Source of the DNA: an uncultured Candidatus Saccharibacteria bacterium
Lineage (GTDB): Bacteria; Patescibacteriota; Minisyncoccia; Phycocordibacterales; UBA6899
Reading direction: 5' to 3'
Assembly (NCBI GenBank): GCA_964469335.1
Contig: CAYXYK010000003.1
Span: 3,315-67,314, forward strand
Length of the DNA stretch: 64,000 nucleotides
Shown here: piece by piece, positions 1 through 8,615 of the stretch
How positions within the stretch are numbered: position 1 is the stretch's first letter
Layout: each line of letters opens with the position of its first letter
The notes under the pieces: model-generated
The model's database searches: none
What the model was told of the DNA's origin: nothing
What the model saw: the letters and a program-made list of their open reading frames with translations, nothing else
Translations under genes and position numbers: made by a program

Positions 1-785
1 TGAAGCGAAAGTCGAACGGTGAAACGTGGCGCGACAAGAAGGGGCTATCATTCATCGACCCAGGCTCGACAGAATACTGGCAATATATGATAGATCTTGG
101 AAAGGCTTCGCATGGCGTCGGCTTTGACGAGATAAATTATGATTATATCCGTTACCCGTCCGACGGAGACATGAGCGATGCTGTATATCTCCGCTCAGCA
201 TCTTCAACGAAGCCGGAAATGATGAAGAAGTTCTATGTGTACCTCGGGAAAGGGATGCGCGAGGTGGGAATCCCGATCTCTGCGGACCTGTTCGGAATGA
301 CCACGACGAACACCGATGATCTCGGTATCGGTCAGGTGCTCGAGAACGCGCTACCTAATTTCGACTATGTCGCGCCGATGGTGTATCCGTCGCACTATCC
401 TCCGAATTTCAACGGATGGAAAGATCCCAACATGGTTCCATATGCACTCATCAAATTCGTAATGACACGAGCAGTCGAGCGCGCAAATGAGCTTGAGGCG
501 AAAGAAGCGGGATTCGTGAAGTCGACCAGTACTCCGACGTTCGAGCCGACAGGGAAATATGCTGATCGGCTACGTCCCTGGTTACAGGATTTCGACTACG
601 GCAAGGTGTATACAGAGGCAGACGTGCGTGCGCAGATCAAGGCCACCAATGATGCAGGGCTTGATTCGTGGATGATGTGGGACCCTTCCAATAAATATAC
701 CCCGAGTGCCTATGATACCGAGGCACCCGCTCCTTCTCTTGCGACGACAACACTCCCGATTTCACCAGCAAGTATAGCCCCATAA
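1..785 (+). CDS. 5'-truncated putative glycoside hydrolase (DUF4015/TM1410-like TIM-barrel family)
   Basis: The reading frame is open from window position 3 and runs into the listed ORF (87..785). Motif GFDEINYDYIRYP is typical of the putative glycosyl hydrolase PF13200-like family. The 5' end lies outside the window. Confidence 0.5.
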   Translation, partial: KRKSNGETWRDKKGLSFIDPGSTEYWQYMIDLGKASHGVGFDEINYDYIRYPSDGDMSDAVYLRSASSTKPEMMKKFYVYLGKGMREVGIPISADLFGMTTTNTDDLGIGQVLENALPNFDYVAPMVYPSHYPPNFNGWKDPNMVPYALIKFVMTRAVERANELEAKEAGFVKSTSTPTFEPTGKYADRLRPWLQDFDYGKVYTEADVRAQIKATNDAGLDSWMMWDPSNKYTPSAYDTEAPAPSLATTTLPISPASIAP

Positions 786-800
786 CCAGAACATCGAACA

Positions 801-1757
801 ATGGCAGAGCAAATGACTAATAAGCGTGCGGTAGTGCTCTTCATGCTGATTATCCCGTTTTTGACCGAGCTTCTGAGCGGGAACATTCCGATGCCTACGT
901 TCGCGAATCCTGTCGTATTCGGGTTCCTTCTTGTTGCGTATAGCATCCCTGCACTGCTTATTCGTGAACTATATATCCGTCGGCAAATGGGTCTCTATGG
1001 ACTTTTCGTACTTGGTCTCGCTTATGGGGTGTTCAATGAGGGAGTGGCAGCAAGGACCATACTGCAGACTGGAGAGATGCTCTCATTTCATGACTATTCG
1101 ACGTTGGGTTTCAATGTCCCTTGGGCTATTCTGATCGTACCGTGGCACGCGTTCTTCGCCATCGTCTATCCGATCATACTCGTCCATACTCTTTTCCCGG
1201 AACAATCGAAACAACGATGGCTTTCGCATAGATCAATGGTCGTTCTCGGTGTCGCCCCAGTTATACTCGGAAGTCTCTCGTATTTCAGCACTGATAGGTT
1301 CCCCCAGACACCCGTCGTTTATTTACTTGCCTGCTGGTTGCTGGTCATCTTCTTCGCGCTTCTTTCGCTCAAAGTGCCGCAAGGGCCAGTCCTCGATGTT
1401 GCAACAAGGACGGTTCCATCTCAGGCGAGATTCTTTGTAATCGGTATTCTGTTCGCAGTGGTCCAATTGCTTTCTTTCATCTGGGGTGAGGCCCGACTTC
1501 CGATCGTCGCACATCTCGTACTTGTGAGTATTCCGTTCATTGTGTTGGTCCGCTTACTGAATAAAATGACTTCTGTCGATGGGCGAACGCTGGGTTTAAT
1601 AGGGGTAGGGCATTATTCAGTCTGGGCACTCCTCATGTCTTTTATCGTTGGCGCGTCGGGCGGGGTCATCGTTCTTTTTGGTGCAGTGCTGGTGTGGCTA
1701 CTTCTCGCACTCTTGTGGTGGGTGCTTTCTCGTCAAAGAGTGAAGGAGTCTGCATGA
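801..1757 (+). CDS. polytopic integral membrane protein, function unknown
   Basis: 318 aa ORF with many hydrophobic helices (LFMLIIPFL, VVFGFLLVAY, VLVWLLLALLWWVL). No recognisable catalytic motif. Confidence 0.6.
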   Translation: MAEQMTNKRAVVLFMLIIPFLTELLSGNIPMPTFANPVVFGFLLVAYSIPALLIRELYIRRQMGLYGLFVLGLAYGVFNEGVAARTILQTGEMLSFHDYSTLGFNVPWAILIVPWHAFFAIVYPIILVHTLFPEQSKQRWLSHRSMVVLGVAPVILGSLSYFSTDRFPQTPVVYLLACWLLVIFFALLSLKVPQGPVLDVATRTVPSQARFFVIGILFAVVQLLSFIWGEARLPIVAHLVLVSIPFIVLVRLLNKMTSVDGRTLGLIGVGHYSVWALLMSFIVGASGGVIVLFGAVLVWLLLALLWWVLSRQRVKESA

Positions 1758-1808
1758 AAGGGAGTAGAGTTTGCCCCAAAATGGCCCTATAAAGCCCCAT
1801 ATTTTGGC

Positions 1809-1837
1809 TTGCCCCGATTGACGGGGCGGGGTATAGT
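1809..1837 (+). promoter_or_regulatory. putative sigma70-like promoter (TTGCCC-17-TATAGT) for the high-GC cassette gene
   Basis: TTGCCC at 1809-1814, 17-nt spacer, TATAGT at 1832-1837. GAGGAG Shine-Dalgarno sits about 8 nt before the ATG at 1890. Confidence 0.3.
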
Positions 1838-1889
1838 GTGGTCCGACCTTTTTGCTCTTTTTCCAACCCAACGAGGAGTCATACTCAAC

Positions 1890-3110
1890 ATGGAACCTTC
1901 TTATTTCACTCCCTCCGAGCTACGCTCGGCGAGCTTTCGTGCCTGGGTGGCGGAGCTCTATCAGCGCACACCCAAGTTTCTTGGCACCATGGCAGCCATC
2001 CCACACGAGGGGAGCTGGTACGTGCCTGCCTCAACCAACGATGACCATGTGTTCGTCCGTCGCAATGACGAAGCGATCACGTACGTCAATTCCTGCGGTC
2101 ATCTGCGGCTCAAGATCCGTCCGACCGGAAAGATCTTCGGCGGTGAGGCGTATCCGCGCCAAGGACGAATGGATGATCGGGAGCTCAAGGCGAAGGTGAT
2201 CGTTTGTCCGTGGCACCAACGTGCTCATCGTGTCGACAGCGGCGAATTCATCGCCAAGTCGGGCGAAGTGAAGGAGTGTCGTTCTCTGCGCAAAGTGGAG
2301 ACCGTCCGTCGCGGCGATCTCATCTTTGAAGCGGCTGACGGCAGTCTGCCGACGTTCGAAGGGCTCACCGCGAGCTCGACGTTCGCTGCACTCGGGATCA
2401 AGCCACTCGAACTTCCGAAGCATTTCGTGCTCCACAGGACCTGTGTCTACGACGAGAAGATGGACGCCGTCACTGGCGCCGCCAACTTCGACGAAGATGC
2501 GCATGTCAGGTGGACGCACAAGAACACGTTCGCTCATGTGTACGACATGCGTACGCTCACGATCGAAGTCTACGATCTCGCCTCCGCGGCGCAGTTCGTC
2601 GGCTGGTCGAAGGAAGGTGCCGCAAATCCTTCGGAGAAGTACAAGCGTTTGCGAGAACTCATCTTGAAACGTACGTGTGGCAAGGACCCCGCGTTCGGCG
2701 TGATCTGGTACCGCATGGGCCCTTTCACCACCGGTGAGCGTTTCTCGGTCGGTACTTCTCCGGACGACCACATCGCAGTGATCAGTTCCTTCGTTCCGAA
2801 GCCTGACGGCATCGGGTCGATGAACATCGTCGAGTACTACGTGCCGCCGCAGCTTGCGGAGGATGTGGAATTCATGGAGGCGTTCTTCGCCGCCTACGAC
2901 GAGACTGCATTCGAGGATCGCGAACTCTGCCTTGCTGCGGAAGAGGGCTACGACGCGATGATCCGCGCCGGACACGGCTCGGATCCGGTGATCGCATCGG
3001 GTGCGGATGAGGAGCGGTGTCTCCAGAACTACTACCAGTACTTGCGAATGCTCCAGCTGCGCTATCCGGTCAACTCCGTACGTCCGGTGCCAGAACTCGC
3101 AGTCGCCTGA
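1890..3110 (+). CDS. hypothetical protein (406 aa) in higher-GC cassette
   Basis: Long ORF. I prefer the internal ATG at 1890, which is preceded by aacGAGGAGtc, over the track start at 1809. No motif recognised. GC is about 58-60%, against about 49% in flanking glycosyltransferase genes. Confidence 0.55.
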   Translation: MEPSYFTPSELRSASFRAWVAELYQRTPKFLGTMAAIPHEGSWYVPASTNDDHVFVRRNDEAITYVNSCGHLRLKIRPTGKIFGGEAYPRQGRMDDRELKAKVIVCPWHQRAHRVDSGEFIAKSGEVKECRSLRKVETVRRGDLIFEAADGSLPTFEGLTASSTFAALGIKPLELPKHFVLHRTCVYDEKMDAVTGAANFDEDAHVRWTHKNTFAHVYDMRTLTIEVYDLASAAQFVGWSKEGAANPSEKYKRLRELILKRTCGKDPAFGVIWYRMGPFTTGERFSVGTSPDDHIAVISSFVPKPDGIGSMNIVEYYVPPQLAEDVEFMEAFFAAYDETAFEDRELCLAAEEGYDAMIRAGHGSDPVIASGADEERCLQNYYQYLRMLQLRYPVNSVRPVPELAVA

Positions 3111-3131
3111 CCTGGCTTGGGTCCATCATCA

Positions 3132-3163
3132 CACTCGAACGAGCGATCGTTCGAGTGTTTTTT
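3132..3163 (+). terminator. rho-independent terminator
   Basis: Perfect 11-bp stem CACTCGAACGA / TCGTTCGAGTG with loop GCGA, followed by TTTTTT. It lies 22 nt after the stop at 3110. Confidence 0.7.
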
Positions 3164-3221
3164 ATTCCCGCGTTCTTTGGTTGTTCTTTTAAACAACGGA
3201 TTGGTTTATAATGGTTGCAGT

Positions 3222-5273
3222 ATGTCCGATTTACCGAACAGTGGAGACAAGATAACGTATTTCGCCGAGACCGATTATCGCTCGCGGCGGATCAAGTTTG
3301 GTATCCGAGACGAGGACCGAGCGCGCCACATGTATGTCATCGGTAAGACAGGCATGGGAAAATCGACACTCCTCGAGAATCTCGCTATCCAAGACATTCA
3401 GAACGGGGAAGGAATCTGCTTCATCGATCCGCACGGTGGTACCGCAGAGACACTCCTCTCGTATGTCCCCGAGCATCGTATCAAGGATGTGATCTATTTC
3501 GCACCGTTCGATCAGGAGTTCCCGGTCGGTCTCAATGTGATGGAGGACCTCGGTCGTGACAAACGCCCCCTGGTCGTCTCCGGACTCATGGGTGCGTTCA
3601 AGAAAGTGTGGGTGGACGCGTGGAGTGCACGCATGGAATATATCTTGAACAATGCAATGCTTGCACTCATGGAGACTCCCGGCTCGACGCTGCTCGGAGT
3701 GAATCGTATGTTCGCCGACAAGGATTATCGTGCGATGATCGTCGCCAATGTCACTGATCCGTCGGTGCGCGCATTCTGGGTGGATGAGTATGCAAAGTAC
3801 TCCGATAAATTCGCGACCGAAGCAACTGCCGCCATTCAGAACAAGGTCGGTCAATTCGCTGCAAACCCGCTGATCCGAAACATGGTCGGGCAACCGAAGT
3901 CGACATTCGATATCCGCAAGGTCATGGATGAGAAGAAGATCTTTATCGTCAATCTCTCTAAGGGACGCATGGGAGAAGGGAACGCAAATCTCGTCGGCTC
4001 GATGCTCATCACCAAGATCTACCTTGCTGCCATGAGTCGCGCGGACGTCGGACCCGAAGCAGTGAAGTCGCTCCCACCATTCTACCTCTATGTCGATGAG
4101 TTCCAGTCATTCGCAAATGAATCGTTCGCGGATATCCTCTCCGAGGCACGTAAATACAAACTTTCACTTACGATCGCGCATCAGTATATCGAGCAGATGT
4201 CGGACGAAGTCCGGGCCGCGGTGTTCGGCAACGTTGGTACGATGATCGCATTCCGTGTCGGTTCATATGATGCCGAAGTCCTGGAGAAAGAATTCGCTCC
4301 GGTGTTCATCTCGGAAGATATCGTCAATCTCGGATTCGCCCAGGTATATCTCAAGCTGATGATCAAGGGGATCGGCTCTCCGCCTTTTTCCGCAACAACC
4401 ATCAATAGGCCGAAGATGCCCGCAGTGACCTACGCGAATGAAGTGATCGCTGCATCACGGGCACAGTTTGCGCTTCCTCGTGAGCAAGTTGAAAATGATA
4501 TCAAGAAATGGCACGAGCCCGTTCCTCCACAGCCGCGTGACCCGAATGCTCCGCAGGTGCCTGAGACGCGCAAGTATGCTCCTGGTACAAGGCCGCCCCC
4601 GAGACCCGCTTCGGCACAGTACGTTGAAATGGGGAGAGAGCCCGCACGAGAGAACAGAGTGGATGCCGAACGGCCGTCGCTCCCGCGTCCGCCGAGCGAT
4701 CGAATATTGCCGCCCGCCAGCGCAGCTTATGCACCAAGACCCCAACCAAGACAGCCAGAAGTACATCAGCCGTTCAAGATGGAGTTCGCAGAGCTGGTGA
4801 AAAAAGACGTTCCTTCGCAAGAGGTGTCGGCTGCCCCGCCTTCAGTACTTCCAGTACAAGCTGAGCGACGTCATGCATCTCCTGAAGCGCCAGTGCGCGT
4901 ACATGGAGAGCGCTCCCCCGCAAAAGAGGGAAGCGCCCCGCTTTCGATGCTCAAAACCAATCCTAAAAAAGACAAGGGACCTTCAGAACAAAACCTTTCA
5001 TCACTCCGTGACGCACTTTCGGCGGTACTAGTACAAAAAGAGGAAAAGAAAGCCCCTGAGGTTACTGTGCCTACCCAAGCGACTCCGGCAGCCACACAAG
5101 CACAACGAGTCGTGCAGGCACCACCCTCGGAGGTAAAAACAGCGACGCCCACACAGTCACCATCAATGGCGCAGCCTCCACCGTCCCGTGCACCCTTGCT
5201 TGATTCGCCGTTCACTCCTCCGCCACCCACTGAGATCCCGGAAGATGTGCTCAAGAAGGTATTGGCGGATTGA
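3222..5273 (+). CDS. VirD4/TraD/TrwB-like (DUF87/HerA-like) P-loop ATPase with long C-terminal Pro/Ala/Gln-rich disordered tail
   Basis: Walker A VIGKTGMGKST. Walker B-like FYLYVDEFQSF. TIAHQYIEQM resembles the coupling-protein Q-motif. The last roughly 260 aa are low-complexity (PVPPQPRDPNAPQVPETRKYAPGTRPPPRPAS...). I chose the start at the ATG 3222 (MSDLPNSG) rather than 3117; TATAAT at 3207-3212 lies just upstream. Confidence 0.55.
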   Translation: MSDLPNSGDKITYFAETDYRSRRIKFGIRDEDRARHMYVIGKTGMGKSTLLENLAIQDIQNGEGICFIDPHGGTAETLLSYVPEHRIKDVIYFAPFDQEFPVGLNVMEDLGRDKRPLVVSGLMGAFKKVWVDAWSARMEYILNNAMLALMETPGSTLLGVNRMFADKDYRAMIVANVTDPSVRAFWVDEYAKYSDKFATEATAAIQNKVGQFAANPLIRNMVGQPKSTFDIRKVMDEKKIFIVNLSKGRMGEGNANLVGSMLITKIYLAAMSRADVGPEAVKSLPPFYLYVDEFQSFANESFADILSEARKYKLSLTIAHQYIEQMSDEVRAAVFGNVGTMIAFRVGSYDAEVLEKEFAPVFISEDIVNLGFAQVYLKLMIKGIGSPPFSATTINRPKMPAVTYANEVIAASRAQFALPREQVENDIKKWHEPVPPQPRDPNAPQVPETRKYAPGTRPPPRPASAQYVEMGREPARENRVDAERPSLPRPPSDRILPPASAAYAPRPQPRQPEVHQPFKMEFAELVKKDVPSQEVSAAPPSVLPVQAERRHASPEAPVRVHGERSPAKEGSAPLSMLKTNPKKDKGPSEQNLSSLRDALSAVLVQKEEKKAPEVTVPTQATPAATQAQRVVQAPPSEVKTATPTQSPSMAQPPPSRAPLLDSPFTPPPPTEIPEDVLKKVLAD

Positions 5274-5310
5274 ACCAGCATTGTTTTTTTGTAGACAGAA
5301 TTATCCCGGG

Positions 5311-5338
5311 TTGACTGTCTTACGAAGAACGATAATAT
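5311..5338 (+). promoter_or_regulatory. putative sigma70-like promoter TTGACT-16-TAATAT
   Basis: TTGACT at 5311-5316 and TAATAT at 5333-5338. The start codon cluster at 5345/5357/5360 lies immediately downstream, with AAGGAA at 5348-5353. Confidence 0.35.
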
Positions 5339-5344
5339 GCCAGT

Positions 5345-6241
5345 ATGAAGGAACTCATGATGGCGTTTTCTATTACCGCGCTATTTTTTGCGCATTCTGC
5401 TTTTGCGGCAGTCGTCGTGAATGAGATCGCATGGATGGGAAGTGCCTCTTCAAGCGCGGATGAGTGGATCGAACTCCACAACGACAGTACGAACATGCAA
5501 GACCTGACCGGGTGGAAGATCACCGGCAAAGGTGGTGCAAATATCGCACTACTCTCCGGGAGTATTCCTCCGAACGGATATTTCCTGGTCGAGCGAAGTG
5601 ACGATGGCACCGTGCCGGAAGTCAAAGCAGATCTCGTTGTCTCATTCGGAAAGGGGATATCCAACGACGGCGAGACGCTGAAACTCGTCGACGGGGGAGG
5701 AAATACCGTCGACACTGTCATCGGGGGAAAGAACTGGAGCAAGATCGGCGGAGATAAAACATCGAAACAGACACCCCAACGTACCCCCTCCGGTTGGATC
5801 ACTGCCCCCGCCACACCGCGAGCTTCGAATAAGACACCTTCCGTCGCTAGTGAAATCGCCGCTCCGGTTACAAAAACAAGAGTCGCTCAACCTGTGAAAG
5901 TTGCAAACGCCGAGACGCTCAAAGAAGAGAATGTGTGGCCCGCAAAACCTGCTATCCCGCCGATAAGAGCAGTTGCGGAAGAGAAGAAGAGTGGAGGGAA
6001 TAACCAGATCATATCGACCAGTTCAGTCAGCGCGAATGTCCTCTGGCAGCGCGGGAAGAATGCAGATGCAGAGAAACGAGCATGGGCATGGATGATCGTC
6101 GCCGTACTCTTGGTCATCGCGGCATCGCTCATCATCATGCGGGCGAATGTCTATGAGCCGACTGAGGCTGACAAATACGCGATCATTGAGGACATCATCG
6201 AGGGGAAGGATGATGCCAATGACCGTCTCAGCGACTACTAG
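5345..6241 (+). CDS. secreted/membrane-anchored lamin-tail-domain (LTD) protein
   Basis: N-terminal signal peptide (AFSITALFFAHSAFA). The VVNEIAWMGS...DEWIELHN...GWKI motif block is typical of PF00932 LTD. There is a Thr/Pro/Ala-rich linker and a C-terminal TM helix (AWAWMIVAVLLVIAASLIIM). The true start may be ATG 5357/5360, which follows an AAGGAA Shine-Dalgarno. Confidence 0.65.
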   Translation: MKELMMAFSITALFFAHSAFAAVVVNEIAWMGSASSSADEWIELHNDSTNMQDLTGWKITGKGGANIALLSGSIPPNGYFLVERSDDGTVPEVKADLVVSFGKGISNDGETLKLVDGGGNTVDTVIGGKNWSKIGGDKTSKQTPQRTPSGWITAPATPRASNKTPSVASEIAAPVTKTRVAQPVKVANAETLKEENVWPAKPAIPPIRAVAEEKKSGGNNQIISTSSVSANVLWQRGKNADAEKRAWAWMIVAVLLVIAASLIIMRANVYEPTEADKYAIIEDIIEGKDDANDRLSDY

Positions 6242-6291
6242 TTTCGCTGAGCCACCTTTTTCTTTGTAGGCGGTTATACTATAGTGACGCT

Positions 6292-7743
6292 ATGCTAAAA
6301 GGGAAATTGATACTCGTGACCGGCGGCGCTGGCTTCGTTGGCACACGTTTGTGTGCGCGCCTACATGCAGACGGGAACCGTGTCATTTCCCTTGATAACT
6401 ATTTCGCGGGGAGCAGAGACAACCACGTCCCCGGTGTCGAGTATCGAGAGGGCCACACGAAGGATATCGCAAAGCATGTCACTGAGGTTCCAGACATCAT
6501 TTTTCATCTCGGGGAATATTCGCGAGTAGAACAAAGTCTCCTTGAGCCCGATATCGTTCATGACCTGAATACGCTTGGCACAAAAGGAGTGCTCGAGTTC
6601 TGGCAAACACACAAGATGAAACTCGTGTATGCCGGTTCGTCGACCAAATTCGGCGATGATGGGAAGAATCGAGAGGCATCTCCATATGCTCATACGAAGG
6701 CGGAGAACTCCGAGCTGGTGAAAAGGATCGGTGACGAGCAGGGACTTCCGTATGCGATAACCTATTTCTATAACGTGTACGGACCGGGAGAGCGCGCAGG
6801 TGTCTACGGCACGCTGATAGAGAATTTCAAACAGCAATACGTACGAGGTGCCCCACTGACCGTCACGCTTCCCGGTACTCAAGTGAGGAATTTCACTCAT
6901 GTCGACGACATCGTTGACGGGCTTGTGCTCGTGGGGGAGAAGGGAAGCGGGGATGAGTTCGGACTCGGTAATGATACGAATTATTCTATCCTTGATGTCG
7001 CGAAGATGTTCGGGACAGATGTACTGATGCTTCCGGAGCGTCGCGGCAACCGCATGCAGTCCGGCCTTGATACTTCGAAAAGTCGAGCGCTTGGGTGGAG
7101 TGCGAAGCGCTCGCTCAAAGAGTACCTCGAAGAATTCGTGAATTCTCACCCTCGTGGCAAAGAACTTGAGAAACGCATATTACTCTTCTCCACTACGTTC
7201 TATCCTGTTTCCGGCCCAGCAGAAGAAGCGCTCCTTGCGCTTGCTCGCGCGCTCCCGGGAGTGCACTTCGATGTCGTTACTACCGCTTTTTCCTCGGGTG
7301 CAAAGAGTGCGGCACACCCATTACCAAATATCGTTGTGCACCGACTTGGGATAGGGCATAAGACTGACAAATTCTTGCTTCCATTTTTGGGCTACAAAAA
7401 AGCGCGTGAATTACACGATACCCATTCATATTTGTTCGCGTGGGGGTTGATGGCGAGCTATGGGTCACTCGCCGCGATACTCCTTCGGCGTATGGTCGGG
7501 CTGCCGCTCCTCATCACGCTCGCAGATCAGAATTTTGAAGATGTTCCTGCGTTACGACGTAACTTGCTCGCGTTAATTCTCACCGGCGCTGATCAAGTAT
7601 ACGGAGGGGACAGTACTCAGGAAGAACATGCATCGACCCTCAGTCGCGGAAAACTGAAACGCCACTCGATCGGAGACGGTGATGCATTCGCGAATCAACT
7701 CCGTTTCGTCTACTCCGACTTCGCCAATAAGCAGCGCAATTAG
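6292..7743 (+). CDS. fusion protein: NAD-dependent sugar epimerase/dehydratase (SDR) plus C-terminal GT4-type glycosyltransferase N-domain only
   Basis: N-terminal LVTGGAGFVGTRL Rossmann motif, with YAHTK resembling the SDR YxxxK motif. The C-terminal roughly 170 aa (RILLFSTTFYPVSGPAEEALLAL...IVVHRLGIG...GLPLLITLADQNFEDVP) is paralogous to the N-terminal half of the GT4 at 8616. The GT C-terminal catalytic half is absent. Confidence 0.7.
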   Translation: MLKGKLILVTGGAGFVGTRLCARLHADGNRVISLDNYFAGSRDNHVPGVEYREGHTKDIAKHVTEVPDIIFHLGEYSRVEQSLLEPDIVHDLNTLGTKGVLEFWQTHKMKLVYAGSSTKFGDDGKNREASPYAHTKAENSELVKRIGDEQGLPYAITYFYNVYGPGERAGVYGTLIENFKQQYVRGAPLTVTLPGTQVRNFTHVDDIVDGLVLVGEKGSGDEFGLGNDTNYSILDVAKMFGTDVLMLPERRGNRMQSGLDTSKSRALGWSAKRSLKEYLEEFVNSHPRGKELEKRILLFSTTFYPVSGPAEEALLALARALPGVHFDVVTTAFSSGAKSAAHPLPNIVVHRLGIGHKTDKFLLPFLGYKKARELHDTHSYLFAWGLMASYGSLAAILLRRMVGLPLLITLADQNFEDVPALRRNLLALILTGADQVYGGDSTQEEHASTLSRGKLKRHSIGDGDAFANQLRFVYSDFANKQRN

Positions 7744-7756
7744 CCAGAATTTGGTA

Positions 7757-7786
7757 TTGGACAGAATCTAGTATTTGTGCTACAAT
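7757..7786 (+). promoter_or_regulatory. putative sigma70-like promoter TTGGAC-18-TACAAT
   Basis: TTGGAC at 7757-7762 and TACAAT at 7781-7786. AAGGG Shine-Dalgarno lies 6 nt before the ATG at 7831. Confidence 0.4.
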
Positions 7787-7830
7787 TTGGATTGGTAGTT
7801 TTTTCAACCTACGCCATGGAAGGGCGAAAA

Positions 7831-8529
7831 ATGAGTGCAACTGTTCCACTTTCCAGTACCACCCACAAGCCTGGGTGGATTCTCACAGTCAACGGCACCG
7901 AATTGCCTCCCGAAACCGAGTGGCAAGTGAACTCCAAGTTCGGTTCAGTGGAGACCGCTGTCGTTCTCGATAGCAATGGCAAACCGGTGTTCGACCGGCC
8001 TGCCTACCGCGAAGCCCCGAACGTCAACCTGGTCGTCTGGGGGCGCAACCGCGCCGGAGAGGTGAAGATCGCAGTGCTGCGCCAGCCGCGTCCGCATGCT
8101 GATGACCCGACGCAAGCCATGGCGCTCCGCAATCGGGCGATCATCTTCGGCCAAACCCCGATGGGGTTCGCCGAGAAGATCCTCGGTGAGAGTATCGAAG
8201 AGACGGCACGGCGCGAGACGGGCGAAGAGACCGGCGCGACGGTGGTGGTGGGGATCGAACGCCCGAGCTATCCGTGGCACAATCCCAACCCAACCTTCGT
8301 CGCCACCTGGAGCGATCTCGTGTTCGTGCAAGTAGACCTCGAACGTGTCGAAGCACTCAGGTCGACGCGCGACGAGCCGATCTTCTCGGCAGAGTTCATT
8401 TCTCCGGCGGAACTGATCCGGCGCGTGAAGCTCGGCGAAGACGACCACGGCGCCAAGTACCGCATGTGCACCTCGAACTCGGTCTGGTTCATCTTCTTCT
8501 GTGTCCACCCGGAACTGTTCGTTGCCTGA
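7831..8529 (+). CDS. NUDIX hydrolase (higher-GC cassette)
   Basis: Nudix box GESIEETARRETGEETG (Gx5Ex7REUxEExGU-like). I chose the start at ATG 7831 (MSATVPL), which has an AAGGG Shine-Dalgarno, rather than 7777. GC is clearly higher than neighbours. Confidence 0.65.
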   Translation: MSATVPLSSTTHKPGWILTVNGTELPPETEWQVNSKFGSVETAVVLDSNGKPVFDRPAYREAPNVNLVVWGRNRAGEVKIAVLRQPRPHADDPTQAMALRNRAIIFGQTPMGFAEKILGESIEETARRETGEETGATVVVGIERPSYPWHNPNPTFVATWSDLVFVQVDLERVEALRSTRDEPIFSAEFISPAELIRRVKLGEDDHGAKYRMCTSNSVWFIFFCVHPELFVA

Positions 8530-8539
8530 CGGCACGTAC

Positions 8540-8579
8540 GACCCGGAGCGTTACCTCAACGCTCCGGGTCATCTTTTTT
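8540..8579 (+). terminator. rho-independent terminator
   Basis: GACCCGGAGCGTT-acctc-AACGCTCCGGGTC is a perfect 13-bp stem, followed by ATCTTTTTTCTT. Confidence 0.7.
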
Positions 8580-8615
8580 CTTGCCCGAGCAAGGGGGGCT
8601 TGGTAGCATGAATCA

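Noticed and set aside
2031-2975. 314-aa minus-strand ORF antisense to the 1890-3110 gene
   Set aside because: It lies wholly inside a longer sense ORF in a high-GC segment, where spurious antisense ORFs are expected. The translation is Arg/Leu/Val-rich low-complexity with no motif.
6361-7149. 262-aa minus-strand ORF inside the epimerase-GT fusion gene
   Set aside because: It is antisense to a well-supported SDR epimerase, whose motifs are on the plus strand, and has no recognisable domains.
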